A DNA stretch of 64,000 bases from Candidatus Hydrogenedentota bacterium (lineage in GTDB: Bacteria; Hydrogenedentota; Hydrogenedentia; Hydrogenedentales; GCA-2746185): the NCBI GenBank assembly GCA_046583315.1, contig JAYGCN010000011.1, forward strand, positions 1 to 64,000. Direction: 5' to 3'. This document shows positions 18,576 to 29,434 of this stretch, one piece after another. Each line of letters starts with the position of its first letter. The first letter of the stretch is position 1. Below the pieces are notes generated by a model. That model saw only the letters and a list, made by a program, of their open reading frames with translations, was not told the DNA's origin and did not search any database. The translations under genes were made by a program, and so were the position numbers.

Positions 18576-18774
18576 CGCCCGAGGTTTGTGACACCCTGCT
18601 CACATCCGCTTTTTGTCAGATTTGCGACGAATCAGGGAGTTTGCACGTCGGCTGAATAATTTGGCCGTACGTGCAGATTCAGAGAATCTCCGCGATTCGG
18701 AATCGCACGACAGGCCGGGACAATGGGGGCGTATGGGCTGTACTACTAGGTGAGAAAACTAGTACAGAAAAAGA

Positions 18775-18865
<91 letters not shown>

Positions 18866-18944
18866 GCGTAGAAATGGCGTGTAGTATAATGCCTGACGGG
18901 CGGATGGGTCAAACTTCGCGTGATTTTGCCGACTCAATCGATGC

Positions 18945-19508
18945 TTATTGGAGCTCTCGTTGAAGGAATTCATGCACAGGCGTATCGTTGATATACAGTT
19001 CTTCAAGCACGCCAAATCCCGATTTAATACGCACGGTGATGTAGGTTGATCGTTCCGCCTCCCGCAAACTTTCACGATAGACCCGCTCGGCCTCCGGCGC
19101 TTTACTTTCTTCGAGGTAGTAGCGATCAAAAGGAAACGCCAGAGACACGTCCGTCTGACCCGCTGTATTCCATTGCACCTTGGCCTGTACATAATCCCCG
19201 AAATCAGGACGCGTCAGCGATAGCGAATCCACTTGGGCGAAACCTTCGGTATCTACACTCAACGATACATAAATCGGCTGGTTTTCTCGGAGGGGATCAC
19301 CTGACCAACTGAGGTCGCCTCCCGTTTGCAGACTCAGCGCGACGTATTTTCCGCGAAATGCATCGTAGGGATCCACCGGCGCGCAGCGGAACTTGTACGC
19401 GACGCCTTGCTGAAGTGTTCCTTCGCGTTGCACGATCATGAAAGCCGGTACGCCGAGTTGGGCGGCGACCATCGCCGCAAATAGTATCAACGTGATTGGC
19501 TTTGTCAT
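18945..19508 (-). CDS. GDYXXLXY family membrane-anchored protein
   Basis: APVDPYDAFRGKYVAL, FDRYYLEE; N-terminal TM. Confidence 0.88.
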   Translation of the reverse strand: MTKPITLILFAAMVAAQLGVPAFMIVQREGTLQQGVAYKFRCAPVDPYDAFRGKYVALSLQTGGDLSWSGDPLRENQPIYVSLSVDTEGFAQVDSLSLTRPDFGDYVQAKVQWNTAGQTDVSLAFPFDRYYLEESKAPEAERVYRESLREAERSTYITVRIKSGFGVLEELYINDTPVHEFLQRELQ

Positions 19509-20833
19509 GATACGTCTCCTGTGAGTTTCCGGATTCGACGGGCCATGAGCACGTTGGCAAACAGGAATCCTGAGCCTATGAGAATGAAGGCGACACCGCG
19601 TACCACGAAGCCCAAATCGCTATCGAAAAATCGAAATGTGAACAGGAGAGCCAGTACTCCCATGCCGCCATTAGCCGTCGAGAGTTTGCCCTCGCGCACT
19701 CCGGCGCACATGGTCAACGCGCCCAGCGCGAAGAGATACAAATTGAAGGAAAGTACTGCGAATTCGGAGACTATATCGGATTCGGCCAGATTCTGGAGAC
19801 CGAAGAAAAGCACCGCCAGCAGAGGCAACGCCAGCCACACAAACATCGTGCGATCACCATCCCGGAATCGCCTCAACCCGAGAACCACCACCACCGAAAG
19901 TAAACCCACCACAATCAAATAGTCCTGGATGGCACCCGCAAGGTGATAGTCGTAGCCGTAGCGATAGTAATGGTATCCAACGCTTCGCCAGAAACCATCA
20001 AAGGTGAAAATCAGCGCAAGGATCACCGACCCCAGCGTACCGATGATCGTATACGGTTGACCCCGGGTATCCGAGTACCAAATGCGCCCAACGAGTATCA
20101 TAATTGCGAACAGTGACGCATACGCCGGAATCCACAATCCAGGCAACATTTTCTCCAGAACAACTCCCAGGCTCACGCACAAGTTGAGGCATAGAACCCA
20201 GCCCAGCAGAAGTGTACGAGGCCGATCGGCACCACTGCGCAAAGCCTGCCACAGAAAGGGAAGTATCGCGAGGAGCAGGGGAATATACCAAAGCGTGTGG
20301 CCGCCTTGAATCTGCATCGAAATCGCCCAGCTCGTCGTCCCGACCAAATAGAACACCGCCGCGGTGGTACTGCGAAGAAGATATACGACCGGTAGGCCGA
20401 GCAACATCCACGTAAACAGAAAATTCGTCAGGTTGCCGGGGATGTGATAGGTCTGTCCGATCAACGAAATGGAGCTGCCGATGGCCAGGGCCAAAAACGC
20501 GCCGCTCCCTTCTCGCCAAGCCCTCGAGGTCTTGTTCTTGAACAACGCCCATCCTGCGACCATTTGTCCGATAACAAGTGGAGCAAAGGAAATGATCGTT
20601 CGAAGCGGACGCGAAAGTTCTTCCCAATTGTGGGCCAACAAAAGTATCAGACCCGAACCGATAAGGGTCGCGCCGAGCACGCTGCACAACGTCAACGCAA
20701 TGCTGGAAATCGAGGTTTGGCTGACCGGGCCGTAGTGCACCTTGATGCGTTCAGCATCCTCGTCATTCAGAATGTTATTCGATACGAGTTTCGGCAACTC
20801 TTCATACAACCAGCGTAGATTCCTGCCGCTCAT
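19505..20833 (-). CDS. DUF2157 family membrane protein
   Basis: LLAHNWEEL, SISLIGQTYHI; many TM segments; typical partner of GDYXXLXY. Confidence 0.88.
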   Translation of the reverse strand: MSGRNLRWLYEELPKLVSNNILNDEDAERIKVHYGPVSQTSISSIALTLCSVLGATLIGSGLILLLAHNWEELSRPLRTIISFAPLVIGQMVAGWALFKNKTSRAWREGSGAFLALAIGSSISLIGQTYHIPGNLTNFLFTWMLLGLPVVYLLRSTTAAVFYLVGTTSWAISMQIQGGHTLWYIPLLLAILPFLWQALRSGADRPRTLLLGWVLCLNLCVSLGVVLEKMLPGLWIPAYASLFAIMILVGRIWYSDTRGQPYTIIGTLGSVILALIFTFDGFWRSVGYHYYRYGYDYHLAGAIQDYLIVVGLLSVVVVLGLRRFRDGDRTMFVWLALPLLAVLFFGLQNLAESDIVSEFAVLSFNLYLFALGALTMCAGVREGKLSTANGGMGVLALLFTFRFFDSDLGFVVRGVAFILIGSGFLFANVLMARRIRKLTGDVS

Positions 20834-20945
20834 CGGACAATCCTCCAAATAGGTCTTCCAGCCTAAATCGTTCGATTTCTTACTGTATCATGAAAAACGA
20901 TCTTTTGGGGGGATCTATTGCCGGGTCTTCGGAAAAGTTGCCAAA

Positions 20946-21836
20946 TTAGTGAATATGCACGCGAATAAAGGCCGATATCTCGTCAATGGCTTCCTGCGCT
21001 TCGGGCAGCCACCCCGGATAATACTGCCATACATGGAACAGCCCCTCCCACACATCCAGCTGCACATCCACCCCAGCGTCGCTCATCCGGTCTGCAAGCA
21101 CGATCGAGTCGTCCAGCAAGATTTCTTCGGTGCCCACCTGAATCAGCATCGGCGGCAAGTCGCTCAAATCGGCGTTGATCGGTGATATCAACGGATGTGT
21201 CAATTCTTCGCCCTTCGCATAATTCTGCGCGTTCACTTTGGTACCCGGCGCAGACAGCATCGGCTCGGCATCCAGTTTCGTGGTGCGCGATTCGAGTTCA
21301 TTCGTCAGATCCGTCCAAGGCGACAACAATACGGCGCACTTGGGCAACGACGTTCTCTCGTCGCGCAGCTGCAACAAGGTCGCCATGGTCAGTCCACCAC
21401 CCGCAGAGTCGCCACAGAGGACAATCTCATTCGCGTTATGCCCCAACGCAAGCAGCCAGTGATACCCCGACACCGCGTCTTCCAATCCCGCAGGAAATGG
21501 GTGTTCCGGAGCCAGTCGGTAATCAATCATACACGCGCGCATGCTCGCCGCTTCGGCCATTTGCGCGACCATGTGGCGGTGCGACTGAATCGAGCCGATC
21601 ACATATCCGCCGCCATGCAGATAATACAACACACCCCGGTCGGAAGCGTCTTTCGGAATCAACCACTCAGCGGGAACGCCATCAACGTCGTCTTTCTCAA
21701 CGACGAGGCCTTCAGGAAGCGTAAAACGATCGCCGAGCGTATCCAGGTTGACACGTGTCTCCTCCAGCGTACTTTCATTCGCATCTCGATACTTCCGCAA
21801 CTTGTCCATTAACTTTACGCACTCGGGACTTGGCAT
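20946..21836 (-). CDS. HSL-family alpha/beta hydrolase (esterase)
   Basis: HGGG, DYRLAPEH, GDSAGG, E and H catalytic motifs. Confidence 0.93.
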   Translation of the reverse strand: MPSPECVKLMDKLRKYRDANESTLEETRVNLDTLGDRFTLPEGLVVEKDDVDGVPAEWLIPKDASDRGVLYYLHGGGYVIGSIQSHRHMVAQMAEAASMRACMIDYRLAPEHPFPAGLEDAVSGYHWLLALGHNANEIVLCGDSAGGGLTMATLLQLRDERTSLPKCAVLLSPWTDLTNELESRTTKLDAEPMLSAPGTKVNAQNYAKGEELTHPLISPINADLSDLPPMLIQVGTEEILLDDSIVLADRMSDAGVDVQLDVWEGLFHVWQYYPGWLPEAQEAIDEISAFIRVHIH

Positions 21837-21841
21837 CGAAT

Positions 21842-22729
21842 CTATCCCCGCACCTTGGCAACAAATCCATTCACCGCCTCACCAATCTCCACCGGCGAAT
21901 CTTCCTGAACAAAATGTGTGCCTTTTACGGTAATTTCCTCCTGATTCGGCCAACTCCGACAAAATTCGCGCTGAGCACCAATCAGAATCGTGCCGGGATC
22001 GGCGTTGATATACAGCTTCGGCAAACCGTCATCGCTGGACAACCACGCCGCGTAATCATTCACGAAACCAACCACATCCGCCGGCTCGCCTTCGATCGGA
22101 ATCTGTCGCGGCCACGTCAACGTCGGACGACGCGATTCACCCGCTTCCGTATACGGCGCACGATACACTTCCATCTCCGCATCGGTCAGTCCACGAACCA
22201 CACTCGCGGGCAAAATCCTCTCCACGAACACGTTCTTCTCCAACACGATCGACTCGCCCGCTTCCGAACGCATGCCCTGGAAAATCTGTCGTGCACCCTC
22301 CGGCCAATCGTCCCAACTTTCAATGTGTTTCACGATCGCTTCCATATACACAATGCCCTGCACGCGATCTCGATGACGATTCGCCCAATGAAAGCCAAGA
22401 CCCGATCCCCAATCATGAATCACCAGAATCACCTTCTCATCCGGCAATACTGCGTCAAACCACGCATCCAGATACCTCGCATGATCGGAAAAAGTATACT
22501 CCCCCGCTGGATTCTTGCCGGACTGTCCCATACCAATCAAATCCGGAGCCAAACACCGCGACGAACCCTCCACATGCGGCATCACATTGCGCCACAAATA
22601 CGACGACGTCGGATTCCCATGCAAAAACACCACCGGCGCACCGGACCCCGTATCCACATACGCGATGTCAGAATCCAACACCGACACTCGCTTGCGTTCA
22701 TATCTATCGTCTGCACTAATTTCGCTCAT
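21842..22729 (-). CDS. Haloalkane dehalogenase (HLD-II, DhaA/LinB-like)
   Basis: LHGNPTSSYLWRN, IHDWGS, YMEA, TWPRQIP, HFVQED. Confidence 0.92.
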   Translation of the reverse strand: MSEISADDRYERKRVSVLDSDIAYVDTGSGAPVVFLHGNPTSSYLWRNVMPHVEGSSRCLAPDLIGMGQSGKNPAGEYTFSDHARYLDAWFDAVLPDEKVILVIHDWGSGLGFHWANRHRDRVQGIVYMEAIVKHIESWDDWPEGARQIFQGMRSEAGESIVLEKNVFVERILPASVVRGLTDAEMEVYRAPYTEAGESRRPTLTWPRQIPIEGEPADVVGFVNDYAAWLSSDDGLPKLYINADPGTILIGAQREFCRSWPNQEEITVKGTHFVQEDSPVEIGEAVNGFVAKVRG

Positions 22730-23002
22730 GAGAATTCTCCTTGAAAAGTGATTCGATTACCCTAACGTAGCCGCGACCGAAAACGCAACGTAAGCGAATG
22801 ACGACGTACACTGCACATCGTTGAAGGCGCCCCATCGCTTCCGAGAAAAATATCCTCAATCTCTACTAAATATGAGGAGATAAACGTTTTTATCCGAAGG
22901 GATTTAGTGAAGCCGCTTGAATGCTGCGCGATCGACTAAACGCGTGGCACCGGCACCCGGAGGAATTCGAAAGTCTAATTATTCGTGTCTCGACGCCGTG
23001 AT

Positions 23003-23825
23003 TTAGGGCGTAACTCTCATCATTCTTTCTTCAAGCTCCCGTCGCAACCGGGCATCACGGGACTCATCGATCGGAGGTTTGGGCTCGGGCGCTGGATTGG
23101 ACTCGGGCTCGTCTAGAGGCTCGGTCAGAGGGTCGGTCTCTGGTATTGGTTTCGGCTCTGGAGGGGCAGGGGCTTGCGTTGTAACATTCCCGGTTTGCAC
23201 CTGCGCCGAAGCTTGATGTGATTTAAGCGCAGCCACAAATTCTTCTGATTGGAGTGCTTCTTCGATATCCACAAGTATCCGCGTCATTCCCTTTTTGATC
23301 CGCTTCTGATACCCATACGCGCCGCCAAGACTTATCCAGGAAGAGCCCGCCTTGAACGTTTGAGACCAGACTTCATTGCCTCCGTCATCAATAAGAACCA
23401 AGTCATAGCGAATACCGCCGCCATCAAAGATGAACGGCCAGAGCCAACTATAACTCCAATAATTGAATTTGGTTACGTCCCCACGTAGCACCACAGTGTT
23501 TGCCTCTTGCGCCGTTTTGAATTCGACGTTGTAGTTCGCGGCAGACAGCGCAGACGCCACCGCCCTGTTGAAGGCAACCGGCACATCCTCGGTCGCATTT
23601 ATAGCGACCGTCGGTATAGCTAACATTGTAAAGGTGTGTCGCCCGACGCGGGAAGGCTTCTTCCGCTCGTAATTTCCCAACCCGGTCGAAACGATGTCCA
23701 ACTCCGGGCTATTAACCTCCGCCCGCGCATCCCACAGTAATGGGTGCCATCGTTTGACACCCGACCAATGTAGCGCCAACCAGCAGACAAAGTGAGCAAT
23801 TTCGTATCCAAACAATCAATTTCAT
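23003..23825 (-). pseudogene. Lipoprotein with an apparent single-base frameshift near 23732
   Basis: RBS GGGAG then MKLIVWIRNCSLCLLVGATLVGC (lipobox) in one frame; the body (DARAEVNSPE..) is in the 23003..23815 frame. Confidence 0.65.
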
Positions 23826-24010
23826 TTTTTCTCCCAACTTGTCGGATAACGACCCTATATTCGATTCAGCCCTGGCCTTGTGTCCTCAACCTATAAAACT
23901 ATATTATGCGAATCGGCAATCTCAACAGACATTCGGTATGCCGATTGTCTCTCTTTCGAATCAATCTGCTATACTACATGCCTTCCCAAAATCCACCAAT
24001 CGAGAGCATT

Positions 24011-24511
24011 ATGAACACCATCGAAGAAATAACCCAGCTTGAAAAGACTTACGAGACCGACGTGACCGAAGAATTTTTGGACGAGTATGGTCATATGAAC
24101 GTGAAGTGGTATGCGCAACTCTGGGGACGCGGTGCGTCGGCGTTTATGCGGCTGCGCGACCTCGATTTCCGGGAATCCGTCAAGTTCGACAGGGGCCATT
24201 GGGTACTGCGCCAGGTCATCGATTACAAAGCCGAAGTCCTCGAAGGCGATCACATCGCCATCTACGGTCGCATGATCACCCACACCGACAAATGCATGCA
24301 CAACATGTACTGGATGGTTAACGAGACGCGGCAAAAAATCGCATCCACGTCCGAAGTGCTCGTCGGATACGCCGACCTCAGCGCGCGCAGACTTACCTCA
24401 TTCCCGGACGACGTCGTTGAGCGTCTCGACGATCACATCGATCTATGCAACGCGCTGGGCTGGGAACCCGAACTCTCCGGCGCCATCGATCTGGCTCCCG
24501 CAAACAGATAA
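24011..24511 (+). CDS. Thioesterase family (hot-dog fold) protein
   Basis: LDEYGHMNVKWY, IDYKAEVLEGD. Confidence 0.85.
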   Translation: MNTIEEITQLEKTYETDVTEEFLDEYGHMNVKWYAQLWGRGASAFMRLRDLDFRESVKFDRGHWVLRQVIDYKAEVLEGDHIAIYGRMITHTDKCMHNMYWMVNETRQKIASTSEVLVGYADLSARRLTSFPDDVVERLDDHIDLCNALGWEPELSGAIDLAPANR

Positions 24512-24520
24512 GGCCTCGCC

Positions 24521-24898
24521 ATGAAAATCCGTATCCAGGGAAACTCGATTCGACTACGGCTCAAGCAAGAAGAAGTCACCACGCTCGCCGAAACGGGTGC
24601 GGTCGAGGACCGGCTCAAGTTTGGCCCCGACGAATCACAGCATCTGGTCTATCGTCTCATCAGCGCGGACGTCACTGGCATCAATACTTCGTTCAAAGAC
24701 GGCACCGTGGTCGTTGAGCTGCCCGAAGAAGATGCCAAGACCTGGATTTGGTCGAATCGCATCGGATTCGAGCAGGACGTTACAGTAGGCGGCGATGAAT
24801 CAATCCACATACTCGTCGAAAAAGACTTCAAGTGCCTCGAAGATCGTCCCGACGAAGAAGACCTTTTCCCGAATCCCAATGCGGGCGAAACCTGCTAA
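24521..24898 (+). CDS. Conserved hypothetical protein
   Basis: MKIRIQGNSIRLRL..ILVEKDFKCL..DLFPNP. Confidence 0.8.
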   Translation: MKIRIQGNSIRLRLKQEEVTTLAETGAVEDRLKFGPDESQHLVYRLISADVTGINTSFKDGTVVVELPEEDAKTWIWSNRIGFEQDVTVGGDESIHILVEKDFKCLEDRPDEEDLFPNPNAGETC

Positions 24899-25915
24899 TC
24901 ACTCGCGCAGCAACACGTCCGCCACCAGCCGCACCTTCTTGAGCAATCCCCGAACCAATCCGCTCGACTGAGCCAACCCGCGCAGCTTGATGATTACCTT
25001 GCGCTGCAATCGATAGCGAGACATCGGTTGCTTCTTCGGAGTAAACGACTTGCCTGTCGCATTCTCCAAGGGTTGCCACAGCAATTCCGCTGGATACCCA
25101 ATCGTTTCCAGGTCGGTCGCATCGAGGTGCCCGATAATCGTCTGCATCAACGATAACTTCTCGCCATCCGCCGACAACTCTTCCGCCCACTTTTCCACCG
25201 ACTCGGTCGAGGGCCGCGAATGCTGTTGCACACCAATCGGATCGCCGAGACCCTTATCCGCAGATTCATCGCGTTGATGTGAACCATAGTCAATCGTGCC
25301 CGCTTCAAAATCGACTCCGATATAATCGTAAATCAACTTCATGCTCGCTTCTGGGTCGCTCACGAGATCTTCATAACGCACATGCACAAACGGCACATCG
25401 GTCTGGCGCAAAAACGCCGCCAATGCGGGCACATAACGATTCAACAAAGGGTTGTACTGTTGCGCGACCTCGTAATCCCCATCAAAAAACGAATTCGCAA
25501 AGGACGAAAACGTCGCCAGAGGGTGCCGCGTCAACACCACAAACTTCGCATCCGGAAATACCTTCGCCATAAACGGAAGAATCAGTCCATATGCCGGGGT
25601 TTTGTCCAGGCAGATCGTCTTCTCGCTCGACTCCATCCACCGCCCATACAACACATCGCAATACGCGCGACACGCGTCCCAATAATCCGCCACGCCCTTC
25701 GGTAATCCCTCCACGAACATCTTCTGCGATTCCGCAGCCAGTACGTGGTCATAAGGCGCCTTCTCCACATTGTCCCACACGCCCAAATGCGCCAGCGGCG
25801 TCAACAAATGCGGCTCCGGTCCACCCTTGATCTGCGAATGCGACTCCAGCATGCGCTCCAGCATCGTACTGCCCGAACGCGGCGAACTAATCACAAATAG
25901 CATCGAAGGTTTCAA
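24899..25915 (-). CDS. Sulfotransferase family protein
   Basis: SPRSGSTML (PAPS loop), DKTP, LTRHP, VRYEDLV; start uncertain. Confidence 0.9.
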   Translation of the reverse strand: MKPSMLFVISSPRSGSTMLERMLESHSQIKGGPEPHLLTPLAHLGVWDNVEKAPYDHVLAAESQKMFVEGLPKGVADYWDACRAYCDVLYGRWMESSEKTICLDKTPAYGLILPFMAKVFPDAKFVVLTRHPLATFSSFANSFFDGDYEVAQQYNPLLNRYVPALAAFLRQTDVPFVHVRYEDLVSDPEASMKLIYDYIGVDFEAGTIDYGSHQRDESADKGLGDPIGVQQHSRPSTESVEKWAEELSADGEKLSLMQTIIGHLDATDLETIGYPAELLWQPLENATGKSFTPKKQPMSRYRLQRKVIIKLRGLAQSSGLVRGLLKKVRLVADVLLRE

Positions 25916-26047
25916 AGAAATATCTCGGTTTGATGTTGAATGCCCATGGAAATCAAGGCTAGTTTAACAGAATTGTAAACGTATCCAAAGTAGTGTTACT
26001 CAAGAATCCGATAGGCTCCGCGCCTTCAATTGATGTACAATTTTGCC

Positions 26048-26644
26048 ATGCTCCATCGTCTGCAAATCGTTTGCCTCATCATCAGCGTGTTATTCACGTC
26101 CCTTGCCACACACGCTCAAGGTGCGCCCGGCATTACGAAACCTTCCAACAACGGCGGCATCTACGTCGTTGCCCATCGCGGAGCACATCAGGGCATCCCC
26201 GGGAATTCACTCCCCGCCTATCAAAAAGCCATCGAACTCGGCTGTGACTTCATAGAGATCGATCTGCGCACCACCCAAGACGGCCACTTCGTCAGCATTC
26301 ACAACGCGACCGTTGATGCCTACGGAGAAGGCTTCACCGGCACGGTCAAAGAAATGACACTCGCCGAAATACGCGCGCTCGATATCGGAATACGCATCGG
26401 ACCCGAATGGGAGGGCACCCGTGTCCCCACCTTCGAAGAGATTCTTGAACTGTGCACAGGTAAAATCGGCATCTATCTCGACATGAAAGACGCCGACATC
26501 GCGGACGCGCTCAAGAAAGTACAGCAATACGATATGGAAGCCTCAGTCCTCTTCCTCAACGGCGCACGCAATCTCGAAAAACTCGTGGCCCTCAGCAATC
26601 AGGCCATCCCCATGCCCGACCCCGGCAAGAAATTTTGGGCGTGA
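26048..26644 (+). pseudogene. Glycerophosphodiester phosphodiesterase, apparently C-terminally truncated
   Basis: Signal peptide; VAHRGA, IEIDLRTTQDG..H, VPTFEEIL; ends abruptly after MPDPG. Confidence 0.7.
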
Positions 26645-27522
26645 TTCCAGAAGCGAGGATCGTCGCGGAAACGGTTGATCACCAGTTTGTTCTTGATAGA
26701 CAAGGCAATTTTTATCGTACCAGCGACTATTCATTGATGACACTCCCCCTCGCTTTCAGCAGCACATCGTCTTATCCTGTGATGTCACCGGATGGGAAAT
26801 ACGTACATGCCCAGCGCGAGAAGTTTGATATAGCAAGCGGTGCACTCGTTCGTAATAATTTGTCGGTTACCTTCGATGGACGTTTCGCTACGGTGTATCC
26901 CAACGGCACCGTCGCGTTAGCTGACTCACACTATGTCCGATTCTACGACATGAATACCGACACTCTCCTCTCACAACTCCCTCTATCGAAACAAGGTGTC
27001 TATTGGGGTTCATCGAAATCCTCTCCTTCTGGACTCTATGCTGCAATCACCAGCTTCGGTTCTGCGCGGGGCAAGGTTCGACTCATCGAAGTGAACACGG
27101 GTGTCACCCTATACGCTGAAACCTACCTCGGCGATTTCACCGGTGAAATCGTCTTTACCCGGGATGGAACCAAGGCACTTGTAGGCAGTGGCGGTAACGC
27201 GTGGTACGGCTATGGTGGAATTTATGTCGTGGATATGAATAGCTTTCTTCGCACAGAATACATTCCAAATTATGGCGCATCAGCTTTAAAAGAAGATGGG
27301 ACTGGACGCATTTATACCACGTCGAGGTACTCCGTTCACTCAGGCCGGAAGCGAGGTAATCCAGCCGAACGTGGGATTAATGTTTTCGAATTCAGCGAGA
27401 CCGGAGCACTTGAAAAAGTCGACTCATACTACTTAAACACCAGATTTACTAATTCGTCAAAACCTCAGTTCCTCATTCGTGAGCCCCCCGAAATAGAAGA
27501 CCCCGCTACGCTCGGCCTATAA
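26635..27522 (+). CDS. Beta-propeller (YVTN/WD-like) protein, probably a 5'-truncated fragment
   Basis: MSPDGKYV, SPSGLYAA, FTRDGTKALV blade repeats; no convincing start or RBS. Confidence 0.55.
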   Translation: MGVIPEARIVAETVDHQFVLDRQGNFYRTSDYSLMTLPLAFSSTSSYPVMSPDGKYVHAQREKFDIASGALVRNNLSVTFDGRFATVYPNGTVALADSHYVRFYDMNTDTLLSQLPLSKQGVYWGSSKSSPSGLYAAITSFGSARGKVRLIEVNTGVTLYAETYLGDFTGEIVFTRDGTKALVGSGGNAWYGYGGIYVVDMNSFLRTEYIPNYGASALKEDGTGRIYTTSRYSVHSGRKRGNPAERGINVFEFSETGALEKVDSYYLNTRFTNSSKPQFLIREPPEIEDPATLGL

Positions 27523-27594
27523 AGGTCGCTTGGCGTTGGGGATATACGTATTGCAACAGGGGCATCCGACGTCCGCTGTGCTATCATAGCCCCT

Positions 27595-29367
27595 ATGTCC
27601 CCCTCATTTTGGCGATTCATGGCGTTTGCGCGACCGTACTGGAGATTATGTTTCGGTTCGATCGTGTGTGGCGTATTGAAATTTTCACTGGCGTTACTGT
27701 TACCCGGCGCGCTGGGTCTCGTCGTGAAAATTGTCGTCGAAGCCGAACTCACGCCCGAAGAACAAATCCGAAACCTCTCCTTTGTTCTCGGAATTCTCGT
27801 CGTCGCGTTCATGCTACGCGCACCGATTACCTACATGCGCACCTACCTCGCCGAACTCGCGGGCAACCGCACCATCTTCGACATCCGCACAGAACTTTAT
27901 CGGCACATCCAGAAGCTCAGCATGAACTACCACGCGAACCGACGCACCGGTGAAACCATCTCCCGACTCGTGAACGACGTCAACGCGGCCCAAGGCATTC
28001 TTGATCGCGGTGTCGTCACCGCGATCGTCGATTTTCTCTTTCTCATCGGCGTCGTCATCTTTCTATTTTTCCTCGATTGGCGACTCGCCTGCGCAAGCCT
28101 TATCACCTTACCCCTCTACGGCATGGCCATCATCTACCTCAATCCGCGTATGCGCCAGGCCGCCAAAGAGGTTCAATCCCAGGTCTCCGAAATGTCCGGC
28201 GAAGCCACCGAAAAGTTGTCCGGACTCTCCGTCGTCCTGTCCTTTGTCCGCGAGAAAACCGAAGAACTCGCCTTTTTCGGGCGCCATCGCGAATATCTCT
28301 CCAAAGTCATGAACAAAACCCGCATCCAGGCCTCGCAATTCTCCGCCACCGAATTCCTCACCGCCGCAGGCCCGCTCGTCGTCATCGGTTACGGCGGATT
28401 TCGCGTCATATACACCACCATGGACATCGCCGAATTCATCTGGTTCTACGGTTTCATCTCCCACCTATACTTACCCACCCGTCGCCTCGCCGATTCCTCC
28501 ACCATCGTGCAGGAACGCCTCGCCGCCATGGATCGCGTCTTCGAAGTCTTCGACGAAGTCCCTGAAATCACCGACGCGCCCGACGCAAAACGACTCACCG
28601 CTCCGCAAGGCCGAATCGAATTCCGCGAAGTCTCCTTCGGCTATACCCCTGACTTACCCGTGTTGCACGACATTTCCTTCATCATCGAACCCGGCGAATC
28701 CGTCGCCTTCGTAGGACGCAGCGGCGCGGGAAAAAGCACGCTCGTCAATTTGGTGCCGCGTTTCTTCGACGTCAACGTCGGGGAAATCCTCGTGGACGAT
28801 CACACCCTCAAAACACTACAAGTCAAAAGTCTTCGCGAAAGCATCGGCATGGTTCTCCAGGATTCCATCCTCTTCGCAGGCACCATCCGCGACAACATCC
28901 TCTACGGAAAACGCAACGCATCCGAAACCCAAATGCTCACCGCCGCCACCATGGCCCACGTCGATGAATTCGTCGACGAATTGCCCGAAGGTTACGACAC
29001 CGTCATCGGCGAACGCGGCGTGAAACTCAGCGGCGGTCAGAAACAGCGCATCAGCATCGCACGCGCCTTCCTGCGCGATCCCCGCATCCTCATTCTCGAC
29101 GAAGCCACCTCCAGCCTCGATTCCCACGCCGAAAACATCATCCAGGACGCACTCACCGAACTCATGGACGGCCGCACCACCCTCGTCATCGCCCACCGCC
29201 TCTCCACCATCGTCGGCTGCGATCGCGTCATCGTCATCGAAGCCGGCCGCATCGTACAAAGCGGCAACCACGACTCCCTCATCCAAACCGAAGGCCCCTA
29301 CCGCGCACTCTGCGAAGAACAATTCGGCTACGTCCGCCTCGAATGTCTCGGCGAGAATCCCGCCTAG
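27595..29367 (+). CDS. ABC exporter with fused TMD and NBD (MsbA/Sav1866-like)
   Basis: TM domain; GRSGAGKS, LSGGQKQR, ILDEATS, AHRL. Confidence 0.95.
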   Translation: MSPSFWRFMAFARPYWRLCFGSIVCGVLKFSLALLLPGALGLVVKIVVEAELTPEEQIRNLSFVLGILVVAFMLRAPITYMRTYLAELAGNRTIFDIRTELYRHIQKLSMNYHANRRTGETISRLVNDVNAAQGILDRGVVTAIVDFLFLIGVVIFLFFLDWRLACASLITLPLYGMAIIYLNPRMRQAAKEVQSQVSEMSGEATEKLSGLSVVLSFVREKTEELAFFGRHREYLSKVMNKTRIQASQFSATEFLTAAGPLVVIGYGGFRVIYTTMDIAEFIWFYGFISHLYLPTRRLADSSTIVQERLAAMDRVFEVFDEVPEITDAPDAKRLTAPQGRIEFREVSFGYTPDLPVLHDISFIIEPGESVAFVGRSGAGKSTLVNLVPRFFDVNVGEILVDDHTLKTLQVKSLRESIGMVLQDSILFAGTIRDNILYGKRNASETQMLTAATMAHVDEFVDELPEGYDTVIGERGVKLSGGQKQRISIARAFLRDPRILILDEATSSLDSHAENIIQDALTELMDGRTTLVIAHRLSTIVGCDRVIVIEAGRIVQSGNHDSLIQTEGPYRALCEEQFGYVRLECLGENPA

Positions 29368-29434
29368 TCCTACCGTGCTACAATGAATATTCGCGATGCG
29401 CGCGATGTATCATTGACATGGAGGAAATAAAATT

